Notes under the pieces: model-generated
Databases searched by the model: none
Told to the model about the DNA's origin: nothing
What the model saw: only the letters and a program-made list of their open reading frames with translations
In this document: in pieces, positions 40,849 through 53,300 of the stretch
Position numbering within the stretch: position 1 is the stretch's first letter
How the letters are laid out: each line of letters starts with the position of its first letter
Translations under genes and position numbers: made by a program
Source of the DNA: Candidatus Danuiimicrobium aquiferis
GTDB lineage: Bacteria > Omnitrophota > Omnitrophia > Omnitrophales > Danuiimicrobiaceae
Direction of reading: 5' to 3'
Length of the DNA stretch: 64,000 bases
Assembly: GCA_001804285.1 (NCBI GenBank)
Contig: MHFR01000053.1
Location: 15,857-79,856, forward strand

Positions 40849-40888
40849 GGAACGTATTGAAAAACCGCCTTTTTAAGGGATTTTAGTA

Positions 40889-40917
40889 AGTATACCCGGC
40901 CTTTCCCTAAAATGCAA
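40889..40917 (-). promoter_or_regulatory. Sigma70-type promoter of giant ORF1: TTGCAT-N17-TATACT
   Basis: -35 at 40912-40917, -10 at 40889-40894. Identical hexamers and spacing upstream of ORF2. Confidence 0.8.
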
Positions 40918-40941
40918 CTTTTATGAACAATTTATCGACAG

Positions 40942-40970
40942 CGTAAGTTGTTTGAATTAAATAAGTTATG
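40942..40970. promoter_or_regulatory. Imperfect palindromic protein-binding site 24 nt upstream of the -35
   Basis: CGTAAGTTGTTT-gaatt-AAATAAGTTATG. Counterpart at 55698-55726 at the same 24-nt distance. Confidence 0.6.
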
Positions 40971-40982
40971 AATTAATAAACG

Positions 40983-41135
40983 AAAGGAGCGGGAGAAGCC
41001 TCCGCTTTAGCTGCGTTCGCTGGTTTCATGGCGAGCGGCCAAAGAAGAAACCAGCGTACTCGCTGCCGCTCGAGCTCAGCTTTGTGCTGAAAGCTTCGCC
41101 CGATCGAAGCCGCTTCGGCTTCCCGCCGCTCCTTT
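40983..41135. mobile_element. MITE-like or structured non-coding element with terminal inverted repeats
   Basis: aaaggagcggg(ag)aagcc ... ggcttcccgccgctccttt, with internal stems (gctggtttc/gaaaccagc). No transposase seen. Confidence 0.45.
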
Positions 41136-41173
41136 TTTAATGCTTCAAACTACTAAATTTATCCGCATCTTTT

Positions 41174-41280
41174 GGCATCCTGCAAGAAGTGTCTCATCCG
41201 CGAGTTCGGAAAAAGCGACGAAGTCTCCCTACATAGCTTTTTACGTTGTCCGAGAGGGGAGACACTTCTTACGGGATGCC
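41174..41280. mobile_element. MITE-like element with 22-nt terminal inverted repeats
   Basis: ggcatcctgcaagaagtgtctc (41174-41195) pairs with gagacacttcttacgggatgcc (41259-41280), 2 mismatches. Confidence 0.55.
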
Positions 41281-41303
41281 TTAAACTTCAAAACGGTATG
41301 CGC

Positions 41304-44300
41304 TTACGCGGCTTTGGCGAGAGCATCCTTCGCGGCTTCTTCGAGAACCAAGCGGAGAGTCATGGCAAAGAATTGATTGAATGCATTGGCATTCACCCCG
41401 CGGAAAATATTTTGTTCAACTTGTTGAATCCCGTCGATATCCTTTTTACTCAATAAACCCATTCCCGCGAGTAACAAACCAACCGGCGTTACACGATCAA
41501 GACCTTGATATGCGATTTTCCCTCCGCTCACATACGCATCTGCAGCCAATTTAGCCGCGTGTGCATTCGCCGTCTGAACCTGGTCTGTAATCACCACATT
41601 GGCATCTCGAGACGCATTCATCGGAAATAGTGAAATCTGATAAGTCTTGATATCTCCTTTTGTCCGGGCGCGGTTAAATTCCCGTTCAATCGGTACCCGG
41701 TAATCACGCTGAATACCGGGCGAAATAAATTCAAAACGAATATTAGAATTTAGAATGGCAATATTAGCAACTGTCTTTGCTAATTCACTAAAATCTTCCC
41801 GAAACTTGTCTGTCGTCTTATCATCGGATGTTATATAACCGGCGGGAATAAAAAATTGAATAATCGTCGGCTCAGTGATTTCCTGAATGGCCTTGACAAC
41901 ACCTTTCGCTACATTCACCGCCGCTTCCGTGAGCTCCGCCTTCATTTCAAGCTCAACGGTTTGCGCCTTTTCTAACAATCCGGCACTCTGCTGCAAGACA
42001 TATTGCTTCGTAAACTCAACAATGCGATCCAACTGTGTTTTGCCGGCGTTGTCCACCGACGATGTAAGAATTAATTTCACAAATTCGACCGGCAATCCCA
42101 TTTTCGAAAATTCCGCTTCGATCGTTTTTAGAACATTGTCGTTCGATACAACCTTTAAACCCTTCAACGTCTCAACCAATCCGCTGACGGACCCTTTCCC
42201 TTTCTCCTCAGCTTTTGCCAATTCCGATAAAATATCTTGTCTCATTCCATCAGTAAATTGTCCCGCAGACCTTCCATCCTTTATTGCAGCCTTCGAAGCT
42301 CCAAAAACCTCGTCCGCGCCCAAACTTCCATAAACGATCCCTTGCGCAATCGGCGACAAGCGCGATTCGGCCCTCGCTTGATGGGACACGGGAGATGAAA
42401 CACGAGACATGTGATCCTCTTGTCTCTTGCCCCTTGTCTCTTGCCCCATCCCAACGCGCGATTCGGAGCGAGTGGCATTAAACTCTTCAAAGACACTAAT
42501 CAAAACATTCTCTAATTCTTCCGCCGTGCTTACCGGTTTTCCCTCGCCTATCCGATTTAAAATTCTCTCGGTAAAAATCCGCTCAAACACTCCGGGATTC
42601 ATAAAATATTTCCCGAGAATTGATTGCAATTCCGTTATCAGGAAGTGTTTAGTTGCTCTTTTTTGGCCTGTATCTAATTGCCGGCGAATACTGGCATCTG
42701 CCGATCTCATATAGGGCCGAACTTGTTCGCGAATCACATCAAGATTTGTTGTGTTGGCCCCCAATTTCAAACGCAAATCTTTTACCGTCACTCCCGCCCG
42801 CGTCTCCGCGCGCACTGGCGGCGTTTCCTCTTCAGGAGCTGGTTTATTCATTTCTAATTCCCACCCAATCAAATCCCCCTGGCTATAAACAGGCTCTAGA
42901 CGATCGACTTTAAAACCGCTTTGCCTAACCATCTCCGCTAAGCTTGCTTTTTCTTCATCACCATAAATTCCCGCTTTTTCAATCAGTGCGCGAGCCAGCA
43001 CTGCTTGAGGCAAAGATAACGCATCTTTTTTCATAACGGTACTCATTGCTTGCATGTGTGCTCTCACATCATTTAATATAACGGAGTTCCTATGATGGAC
43101 GAGAAACATGGCTTTGCCACCCGGAACCAGCACACGATAAATTTCTCTAAGCGCCTGCTCTTTTAAATCCGCATACTCCCAGGCATTTAAAGATGTGACA
43201 ACATCCAAAGTTTCATCCTGAAATCCTTGCAATGTTTCAAAATTCATCTGGCGAAAATCAACAAAAGAAGGAACCTTGTCCGGACTCAACTCCGCCGCAT
43301 CAATCGCAGAAATTTGTGCATTCGAACCCAGGACTTCCCTGACGACTTTTGGCACAAAAAAGTTTCCTGTCCCGATATCCAATATGCGGATTTGTGAAGG
43401 ATTTGATTTATAATTTCCGAAAAACTCCGCGAATAATTTCGCTACATCCGGTCGATATTTTTCAGGCAAAGAACTCGCTTTCCCGTCTTTCCAAAAATCC
43501 GCCCAAAATGCCGGTTCTGTTACGTCCTGTCCCGTAAAACCTATAAATTCGTCCCCCGCCCGCGTTTCCGCCCTTGCGGCCGTTGGCTCCAAGGACAAGT
43601 TGCGCGCTTCGGAACGGAGTTTGACGCTGACGGTCATCTCTTCGGACAGATCGGAAATTGCGAAGACATTCATATATTCATCAGGCGAAAGCGTAATTCG
43701 ATCAGGATCGTCAATAGGAACAAACTCATTAACAATTTGAAATACCTTCGTCACCGGCGCGCCGTTCGATGTCACTGTTATATCTTTTTTCCGTCCATCA
43801 ACCTCTCCCATTTTGCCGATAAGCTGAATCGTATCTCTTTTCAGCTCAAGTTTAAAACTCACCGTGCCGGCGCTTTGAACCGTAATGTCCACTTCTTTGT
43901 ACATCCCGATGTGGGTCAGCCACCCCTCCGTAGCTTTTCGGTAACCACCAATATAATTTTCAGCAGAAGTCGGAATAAGCGTAAATCCGTAATCGTTTCG
44001 CGTCGCTGTCATATTATTGCCAAAAGACATCCCGGGAAAAAGCGCAGGATCAAACACATCAACGACCGTGGTCGGCGCCGGAGGCACGACAGGCGGCGTC
44101 ACGGGCGGTGTTACCGGCGGCTCGACAATCTGTGGAATTGGCCAACTGTCTCCGTTAAAGGGTAAAACAACGGGCGGGTTTGTAAATGGATACAGACTGG
44201 GCTCCTGCGATTCCATAGTTAGCAACCCGGCGCTTGTATCTTCGGTAAATATAAACCGCATTCCATCCGAATATGCGTTCGTAAAGGACCGTTCTGCCTT

Positions 44301-47300
44301 TAACGCAATGATCCGCATTCCCCGCATGGACAGTTCCACTCTCACCTTTTCATCCGTTCCGACGTACCGGCGCACACCATATGTAAAATCAAAAGTCCGC
44401 TGGATATCTGCCGTTGTGAGGCCGGTCAAATCCTCACGATAGGTCATCCCTCTTGAGTCAATATCATTCAACACAATTTTCTGCGCAATTTCGCCGAGAA
44501 CCGGCTCTGCCACACTGAGTTCGGCAAGAGTCGAATAGGTTGCAGTAGACCGAACCGGGTTGAGAGGTGTCAGTGTCCCGCGCTGCGGGTTATTGGCTAA
44601 AATATCCTGAACAAATAATCTCGTGTCGAGCTGCATCGGAAGAGAGAGATCTTCCGCTATAGCCGTGAGACCATTTTCATAGGGCTTGATCAACTGAACT
44701 CTTGTCGTCCAGCCATCCGGCGTTGTAAAAATCCGTAATGCATTGCCAATCTCAATCACATCCCCATCAACCTGAACAGACCACTTCTCGGGAAGTAACA
44801 AATCAGATCCATAAGGAATGCCGTACGCTTGAATTGCGCCATCGCCCGGTAAAATATGGGATCTCATCGCGAACAACAGAAAATCAAGAAAAGTAGAATC
44901 CCCGAGCTTTGCCTGCAAAACAGCCCGTTCTATTGACCCACGACTGCCATACCCATAGGAGGTTTCCATAATCATCGTTTCGATTTCAATATCGGAATCA
45001 TATGAAAATCCGTAAACATCCGCAGCGTTGAGGAGATTTGTTTTAGCGGCCTGAATCAGGGTTTTCCTTTTCTCATCTCCCTTGCTATCGATATGCTGCC
45101 AAAGATGCTGAGCTTCATGAAGAACCACCCAATTCAACAAAGAGTGGCTCGCGATTAATTTTGCCATGCGCGCCCTGCCGTCTTTCTCGGCAAGTTCTCC
45201 CAAATCTCTCTGTCGCGCTCCCGTGGTAATCCTGCGCGCAGTCGCACCCCCTGCTTTCGTTTCGGCAGGCTCATTATTTGTATACAAATTCAGTTCGCCT
45301 AAATTCGATATGCCTCGGGGAACTGATGCGGCTGCGTTCGACCATGACTCTGTCGGTAAAACCAAAACCTGCGATATTAAATGCAACAGATGGGTCGGAA
45401 TTAATTTTAATCCATCGATTAACCATACCTTCTCCTGATCCCCTAAACGATAATTGCGTTTGTCACCTTGATAATTATGATATAATTTTATTTCGTAACC
45501 ATTTACGTCAATCGTCTCTGCTCCCTGACTCAATATAAAAGCCCGCGCTTCGTTGTAAATATCTATCGCTGACGGTTCCGCAGGTGCTTCTGGTGTTCCT
45601 GGTGTTTCTGGTGCTTCAGGCGTTCCAGGTGCGACAGGCGTAACCGGCGCCGGCGCAATGGCTGCGCCCGCTCCGCATCCAGCTGCCAATGGCAATATTG
45701 CTGCCACCGCAGATAGCATCGCAAATCCAATTCCACGCAAACCCTTTGGCCCGGGTTGCTTCATCCGCGTCTGCCCGCCGACGCCTGTTTGGCGGGCTTC
45801 CGAACGGCCCACTGAGCGGCCTAACAAGCCGCCGACACCGAAACGTTCACTCAGAGGGGTCACCGCAATCGGCGTGGTACTCAAGGGGTGCGGAGAACGA
45901 GCTCGCATCGCTGCCTCCTCTGCTTTTCTTCTCTTCGTACGATCTGCAATCCCTGTGGTCTTCATCTCTGCGTTGGCGAGAACGGGACTAAAAATATCGG
46001 GTGTGAAATTCTTGCTGCTTGTCAGGACGAGGCGTTGAATATCGGGTTCGGGGGAAACATGTTCGCCGGCTAATTTGTTCCATTCGGAAAAAACGCGTTT
46101 CACAAGGTTTTCAACTTCCTCATCAGATGAAGCCAGCAATCTTTCGAGAATCCAGTTGGCCCGGCGCATCCGTTCCCAATAACTCGTTTCCGTATCGCCT
46201 TCGACCTGTGTCAGGTCGAGTTCTTTCCGGAAATCTTCCTTCTTAGCGCCCGGTTTTTCTTTTTCATACAAAATCATTCCCATTTGATTGAATAGCTGGA
46301 TCAAATTAATCGCGTAAATGAGATCTCCCCACTCCGCAATTGCCTGATTGGATGCGGGAGGTTTGGGAAGCCAGTTAGAGGTCCCGTCAGGCGCTTTGAC
46401 CTCCGCGTAAGGAATCCGCCGGCCAAATCTATTCTCAACGACGGTGCGTGCCGTCAACGCAAACACCGAAAAACGGGCACTACTTGTGGCCTCCTTTTGG
46501 CGGGCATCTAAATACAAACTCGGAAACAGGCTTGCCAAGAACGAGAGGGCTTCGTCCATATAATTATTGCGCAAGAATTCCGTGGTCTTCGACAGAGCTT
46601 GCCCCGCCACTTTGTTTTTCTGCCCGCCCATAAAATGCTCAAATTCATGAATCAGAGTGTTCCCGGACACTCTTCTGCCAATCTCTTCGCGGGCGAGTGT
46701 CGGGATTTCGGCGTGAGAACGAATTGCATCCTCCATCCGCGAAAAATAATCTTTAAAATCCCTTCTGTATCCCTGTACAACAAGTGACATTATTTCGTGA
46801 AGTTTTTCGCGTGGATATTGGGACTTCCAACTCGAGGCGTTTGGATCCACTTTCCGGCGATCGGCCGTATAGTCCTCGTCAAGCACGTCAATCACCCTAT
46901 CCAGCATCTCGGTTCTGTCCTCTTCGCTCTTTCCGCTTTGTTCAAAATCGGCCATGATTTTCAGCAAACGTTCTGTTCGCGTCACGAGCTCGGCAATGGA
47001 CGCATTATCGACCAGCACCATATCCGAACTCAGGTCGTAATAAGCCAGGAACATTTTCGGGCCGATCCGCATGACGGGAGTCACGTAAGCGACTCGGAAA
47101 TCCTGTTTTTTAAATTTCGCGCCGGGCGTTTTTGCCGGATCCTGCACCCATGATTCGTAACGGGTGTAGCGCAAAAGCTGATAATTCCATCTGCCGCTTT
47201 TGGTCTTGGAAGTCATCCTCGTCAAATTAATCGCGTGGAAAGCCTCGGAATAATCCGCTGCCATGATTGACGCCGGCTCATCCGGATTTTTCGCTACATC

Positions 47301-50300
47301 CTGGAAAAACTGATCGATAAATCCTCGAAGATCCGTTTTGACCGTTTGCCCTTCATCCTCGCCCCAGGCGGAAAATTCTAACGCATCAATTAATTCGCTA
47401 TGCAGCCTTGCGACACCAGAAAGTTCATTTATTTTCTCCGTTTGTTCGACCTCGAGAGGAATCGCCGCCATAATAGATTGCGCCAAAAATAAATCATGGG
47501 TTCTCGGATCTTGCATTTGCTTACGCGCAAACTGGGAGGCGCTCACACCGGCCGCGGGCACGTCTTTGAGCATCGAATCGGCCACCAGCAGCGCACCGGA
47601 AATAAGAATAGACGTTTTCTCTATAAGTTCCCACGTTTGATCCGGATTTAATTTTTCCTGTTTCGCAAATGTTTTGACGGAATCGGATATTTCCGCCTTG
47701 AGATCTTTTAAGTTAACTTGAAATTCTTTCACTCCCGTTTTCAGCCCTTGTCCGAGCAAATCAAAAACCAGGCGGTAAGACAAATGAGAAGTTTTCTCGT
47801 CGCGACGCATCGGGACACCGGCCACAATGAAATGGGCCACTTCACCGCTGTTCGCAATTTGGGAGCACCCGGAGATAACCAGCCCAAACAATCCGCCCGC
47901 ATATCCTGCATATTTCATGAATGTTCTTCGATTTACCCCGCGTGTGGCAGTTGTCGGAAACTCAAACGTAACAGGTCTCGCAACTGCTCCGGCCGCCATC
48001 ACATCCGAAGTTCCCACCATCGGCGGTGCCTTCGGAAGCGCCATCCCCATGCTCTCCGCCACCAGGCGCGCTTCCGACCGAGGGCCCTTTGGGCTTGTCG
48101 GCGAAGCAGGAGTGACTGTGGTGATCGATGGAGAAGCGGGATTTTGCGCCGGAGTTGCAATACCTGGTGTCGGCCTGATGGCAAGAGGCAACGGATTCGC
48201 CGGAGATTGAATCGCCAATCGCGCCAAATGATTCAGATAAGCCAAATCCCCCATTAGCTTAAAAGCAGCTTCTTCGGGAAACGCTTGAGGACTACTCATA
48301 AGTAATTGCAACACCAACCCTGGATCTTGAAAAGATTCCAGAACCACCGCGGACACAGACCTTTTTGTAGCTGTTATCGAAATTCCGTCAGCCTTACCGC
48401 TTAGTAAATCAGCTGATAATGCCGCAATCAACGTACTGCTCCAATCAAACACCTTTTCAGCCATGCCCGGTTTAAATTCGAATCCTTGCGGCACGCGGGC
48501 CTGCCTCGCCAACGCTGTTGGGCGAACTTCGGAGCGGGCTGTAATAATAATATTTGTTCCTTCTTGTCCCACTTCGTAGGCTCTGCCTTCTTCCCCAAAT
48601 CGTGGATCTGTTGCCGACATTTTCATTTCAATAGCCTGATTGACGTTGCCAGGAGGTACAAGTAGATTCAGATCTGTTACACTTTTCTCATCCCCGCCGT
48701 CCCTAAAAAACACACCGACTTGATTGGGCATCGTACTTGAGGGCCTTGCCATAACCGTTTCTCGGATTCGCTCGTATATATCACGGGCCATTCTGCCCAC
48801 TCTCTTCGAAGGAACCGTTTGCCGCGTTTCCGCCCTGAATTGAGTTTCGGGTTCCGGGTTTAAAGTTTCGAGTTGAGCTGTTTGTCCTGACTCGGGACTC
48901 GGAACTACGGGCTTTTTACCGTCCTTTAGAATAAACTCGGAACTTTTGCCGGGGCGCGCCAAATCCGCCTTGATGGCCCGGAGCTTTTCCAAGATGTCGG
49001 GAAAAACGTCGGACGCTGTATTATATTTTGGTTGTTTTGGATTTGCCGGCGCCAGCATTTCCTTCTGCATTTCTTCGGTTATCGCGAGAAGCCGCTTGGC
49101 TTCTTCGCTTTCCGGATCATACTTGACGAGTAAATCGGGATTCTTTCCAAGCGGATTATTCACTAATTTCGCCCACGCAAAAAGGTCTAACGACGGTCCC
49201 AAATCCCCGTCTCCCTGCTCAATGGTGGGAGAAGTCATTTTTCCGTTCACCTTGACAACTTTTTCGTTGAAATCACTTTGAACTGCCGAAATCTCTCTGA
49301 GATCCATCAAAAACGGGAGAATCTGATCTGCCGCCTTTTTCAAAATGGGATTATCGCCCACCCTGTTAGGATCTATGGTGGCGCTCCCCAAGTCGACTAC
49401 CCCAACGCCGTCCGGCGTCACGGCGATGTTATCGCCCCGCAAATCATTGACCGAAATCCCGATCGAATATAAAGCCTCCACAAGCTCCATCAACTGGATC
49501 GCAAAATCGAGCTGGGAAATTTTCTGGCCTCCGTCGCGAAGCCATGTCCGGCTTAATTTAATCACAATTTTCTTCGGAGGCTTTCCTTCTCTTGCGATCT
49601 CCCCTTCCTCTGTTCCCATGGGTCTGGGAAATAATTTCGTGAATCTCTCGAATTTTCCGCCGCGCAGACCTTTTTGAATTTGATCGAGCATCCGGAGCTC
49701 CCAAACAAGTAACCCCGGCAACTGTTCTTCCACCCTGAGCCTGGCTTGCTCAGGCACATCCCCAGGCGCTACCTTGCCCCGTTTTGAAAGAAGCTCTTCC
49801 ATTTCTTTGAGTTCAGGAACATATTTCGCGACGACTACTTGTCCTGATTTCTTATCTACTTCCAAAATAACGTGATTCGTATGGCGTGTAATCGTCGAAT
49901 CCTCTGCCAATGGCAGTTCCATCCTTCGCGCTGAAGCATAATAGTAGGGCTGGCTTCCGGGAACCGGAAACCCAAACACGGTTTTCTCAACCTCTGTGAC
50001 CTCGCGGCTAATTGTGAATTCATTCCGGCCCCTGAACTGTTCGATTTTGGCCTCCACCTCTTGCTGAACTGCTGAAGCAAATACAACTTGTCCGCCCAAT
50101 CCCAGACGGTTAGACATATGGTCTATATTCGTTTTCTCTTCCTCAGGCGTTTTTGCGGTCTCGGCGGCATCCAAAAATAAATAATCCACCTTGCTCTGGC
50201 CCTCTACGTTAGTTGCCCAACGTTGCCCATACTTCCTGAATTCGGGATCCTCTTTATTGAATTTATCGATTAACGCGCGACGCAACCTCGGGATGCTCCA

Positions 50301-53300
50301 CCGCTGGCGAGCTAAGCGGGCAAAATGAATCATCGTCCGGATCGTCGATGGCAACCAGGGACGGACCTCTTTGCCAGCTGTCCCAAGAGGTCCGTCCCCG
50401 ACTTCCTGCGAAGGAGTGCTTGGCGCAACAACCGGCGGCACCTGAATTTTTGCCCCAGCAGCGGTACCGTTTGATCCCGGCCGCACCTGCGAGGACAGGT
50501 CGCGCGTTTTGATTAATGACTGTTCAGGTTCTATCAATTGGTTGCGCGTTTCCGCGCGAAGGAAAACGACTTTAGCTCCTGGCAATAACATAATATCTAA
50601 GTTACTATTACGAAAATCATACCCAACAGAAAAATCATACCGCCCGGGGAGCACGGTAAAAGTTTCACCGTTTGCATCCTTTGTTGGACCGCTTACGAGA
50701 ATTGAAAATGGCTTGTTGCGGAGCCCGAGCCGATCCACTATTCCATCGAGAAAGTAGTCGAGCCAGATATTGCTATCTATCGTAAATTCCTCTTCCCGGG
50801 CTTCCGCACGTTTGGCTTCGCCGCTTGGCTTAGCCAAAGTACTGCCTTCGGCTGCCCTTGCCGCCGTCGGCGCCAAAGACAGGTCGCCCCCCTCGGTTAA
50901 TGGCCGCCTTGATTCTATCTGTTGGTTGCTCGCTCCCGAGCGGTGAATGCCGCGTCGCTCAAGTTCAGCAACTAACTTACCCCAGTAACCTATCGCACGT
51001 TCGAGAATAGCTCCGCGGAAGCCTTCGACAATACCCTGGCCTTGGGCGCTTAATAACTCTTCAAGGACAGGCTGTTCCAATGCATCGGCTGCATCAATAA
51101 GTTGATCCGTTGTAATGGGTTTTTGGTCTTCACCAATTTGTCGAATCGGCAAAAGCCCGGCTTCGTCACGCTGACCGTCCTGCTGAATCACGCCGTCCAC
51201 AATTCCCTGAAAATGGACGATGGCCGCAAATAACGGACTTACATTTTCAGGGAACATTCTTCCGGCCATCAGTTCTCGCTCTATCCATTCCACAAAATCT
51301 TCGACCCGAATAATCCGCTTTTCCAACGGTATTTTTTGTTGATTAAACAGACGCAGCATATCCCGTAAGAATGCTTGAAAAATATCGAGTTCTTGCCGCG
51401 CATTCAATTTAATCCTTGGCGCCTCTATCGTGATTGACTTCGATAAAACCCCCAAATCAAATCCAAGTCGTTTTCCCAACAAATCGACTTTCGGCGCCAA
51501 GCTTGGATTGTTTTTCCACCCTCCGTTAGTAAACAAATTTTTGCCGGGTATAATCTCTTTGAATTCGGGAGCAAACTGAACATTTCCTATCAATTTTTTT
51601 AAATCTAACTCCTGGCCGGCCGGAAATTCAATTTGAAATGGTTGGATAGCAACGGCCTGAAAAGTGTTCCAGTTAACCGTAATCGGTCCCGGAACCGGAA
51701 CGGTTTCTCCCGGCTGAAGTTGACCGGCGGATGGCTTTTCCATAACTGCAATTTCCGAAGGAGCTGAAGGAGTGGCTCGCCTTACTTCATTGATTGCGCC
51801 GGGACCGGTCAATGTTGGTGTTTTCTCTGCTCCCGGAATCTTGAAAGCCGGTATGGCACGTGCCGGCAATGATTTAATCATAGAGGTTCCTGCTGTATCA
51901 GTAAATGTCCTCCGGATTGCCCCCATATCAAAGTCACTGACGGGCGCGGCGGCTTTGGGATTTGAAGTATCAATTATCAAATCTTCCGTCGCCATGCGAA
52001 TAATCGTGTCTAACACTTTTTTATAAAGTAACCGCGCGAAAAAATATTCCGTTAAAAATGGTTCCGTTCCTTTAACTTCTTTTGATTTGTTAGCTTCCAC
52101 CCACGCCGCAATCGCATCCAACTGTTCTTTCCCAGAAACCGTTACTCGATCCGCGATTGCTTCTTCCGGAATGGATGTTTTTGTCAAATCTAATTGTTGT
52201 TGCAAAAATAAAATCCGTTTCTCTGCCGTTCGGTAAGTATCAGGATCTATAACCATGACTTTGGATAATTCGCGTTCTTTAGCGCTGGTCACAGTTAACG
52301 AAAATTTTCCTTCCACATTCCTTGTAATATAAATTTCCGGCAAAACTCCTTCCCCTAAATTCTTCCTCCCGTACTTTGCCGTAAAAATCACCGTTCCAAA
52401 CAATCGCTCGAAAAATTCCTGGGGATTCATAAATACTTCGTCGAGAGTCAATTTGCCTTGATCGATCAAATTCTGGGTTTCAGCTCTTTTAGTGACACCC
52501 CGGAATTGATTTTGCCAGTAATCGGGAAAATTTGCTCCCGAGAGAAACGACCAGAAATCGCCTTCCGGTTGATGACCCGCCATCTCACCATGCAAACCAA
52601 ATGCCGGAAGCTTTCCCAGACCAAATTTCGTGAGGGCAACCTCACGCTTTTCAATCGCGTCATTTAATGAAATGATGTCGTTGAAAATCATAGCCCGCGC
52701 TTCCGCCCTCGCAGCGGCATCGCTTGGCCCTGGCCGCACCTGCGAGGACAGGTCGCCCGCTTCGTTTGATGTCGGCTTTAGTTCTCCCAATTTGTTGCGG
52801 GCTTCCGAACGGGCAGCATCAGCGAGTGCGCGGACTTGGTCAGTCACTTGATCAGCTGCAAAAGGACCCTGTTTGAGAAGATCAGCATCAAAAGGACGGA
52901 CCTTAGCCATTTCCTGATCGACGAAGGCGCGGACTTTTGCTGCAGCTGCATTATTCGCCGTTTCTGCAATCACTGCAGGAGAAGGTTTCCCAAGAGCCCC
53001 AAGATCAAACTTCGGAGCGCGCGATTCTTCTTCTTTGAGTTTTTGTTTAACCGTCGCTTCTATCCCGTTTGTAATTGCCAGAATTTCTGCCTGCGAAAAA
53101 CCCTCCTTTTTCAATTCCTGATAAAGCCGAGCGGCTTCGGGGTCCATATCTGCGAGGGTAAACGCTTTGACTTGCGCGAGTTTTTCCAAAACACCCGGCT
53201 GAGTCATCTTAAAATTGGCAATCGCTTTATCGACCGCTCTCCCAAGTTCCGCTTCGCTTGCCGGCGGCTTTTGAACCACCTGAAGTGTTTCCCGAATGAT

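Larger units (their letters stand above)
38107..40848 (-). other. Conserved N-terminal domain of giant ORF1 (shared with ORF2)
   Basis: Near-identical blocks in both proteins: YLQDAH.NYDSETNI, LVLLEGG.G.LDSL.F.SFP, GEL.GGEIASIL, QIEMGQMIQMYRTGQIA, TLESIKGTKLF, MEKNKTNFAVIVTGGFH, LWDALA.DY, WRDR.IQ, YTKYVDAL. Confidence 0.9.

Noticed and set aside
1495-40848. NRPS/PKS, RTX or repeat adhesin as the explanation for the giant ORF
   Set aside because: I saw no condensation, adenylation, ketosynthase or carrier-protein motifs, no GGxGxD repeats and no tandem Ig/cadherin repeats.
40942-40970. dif/Xer site
   Set aside because: It lacks the TTATGTTAAAT XerD arm, and both copies sit at a fixed distance from a -35 box, which fits a regulator site better.
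41140-41456. Small plus-strand ORFs between ORF1 and ORF2 as immunity or antitoxin genes
   Set aside because: They run through a long inverted repeat and overlap the ORF2 3' end in antisense, with no recognisable protein features.
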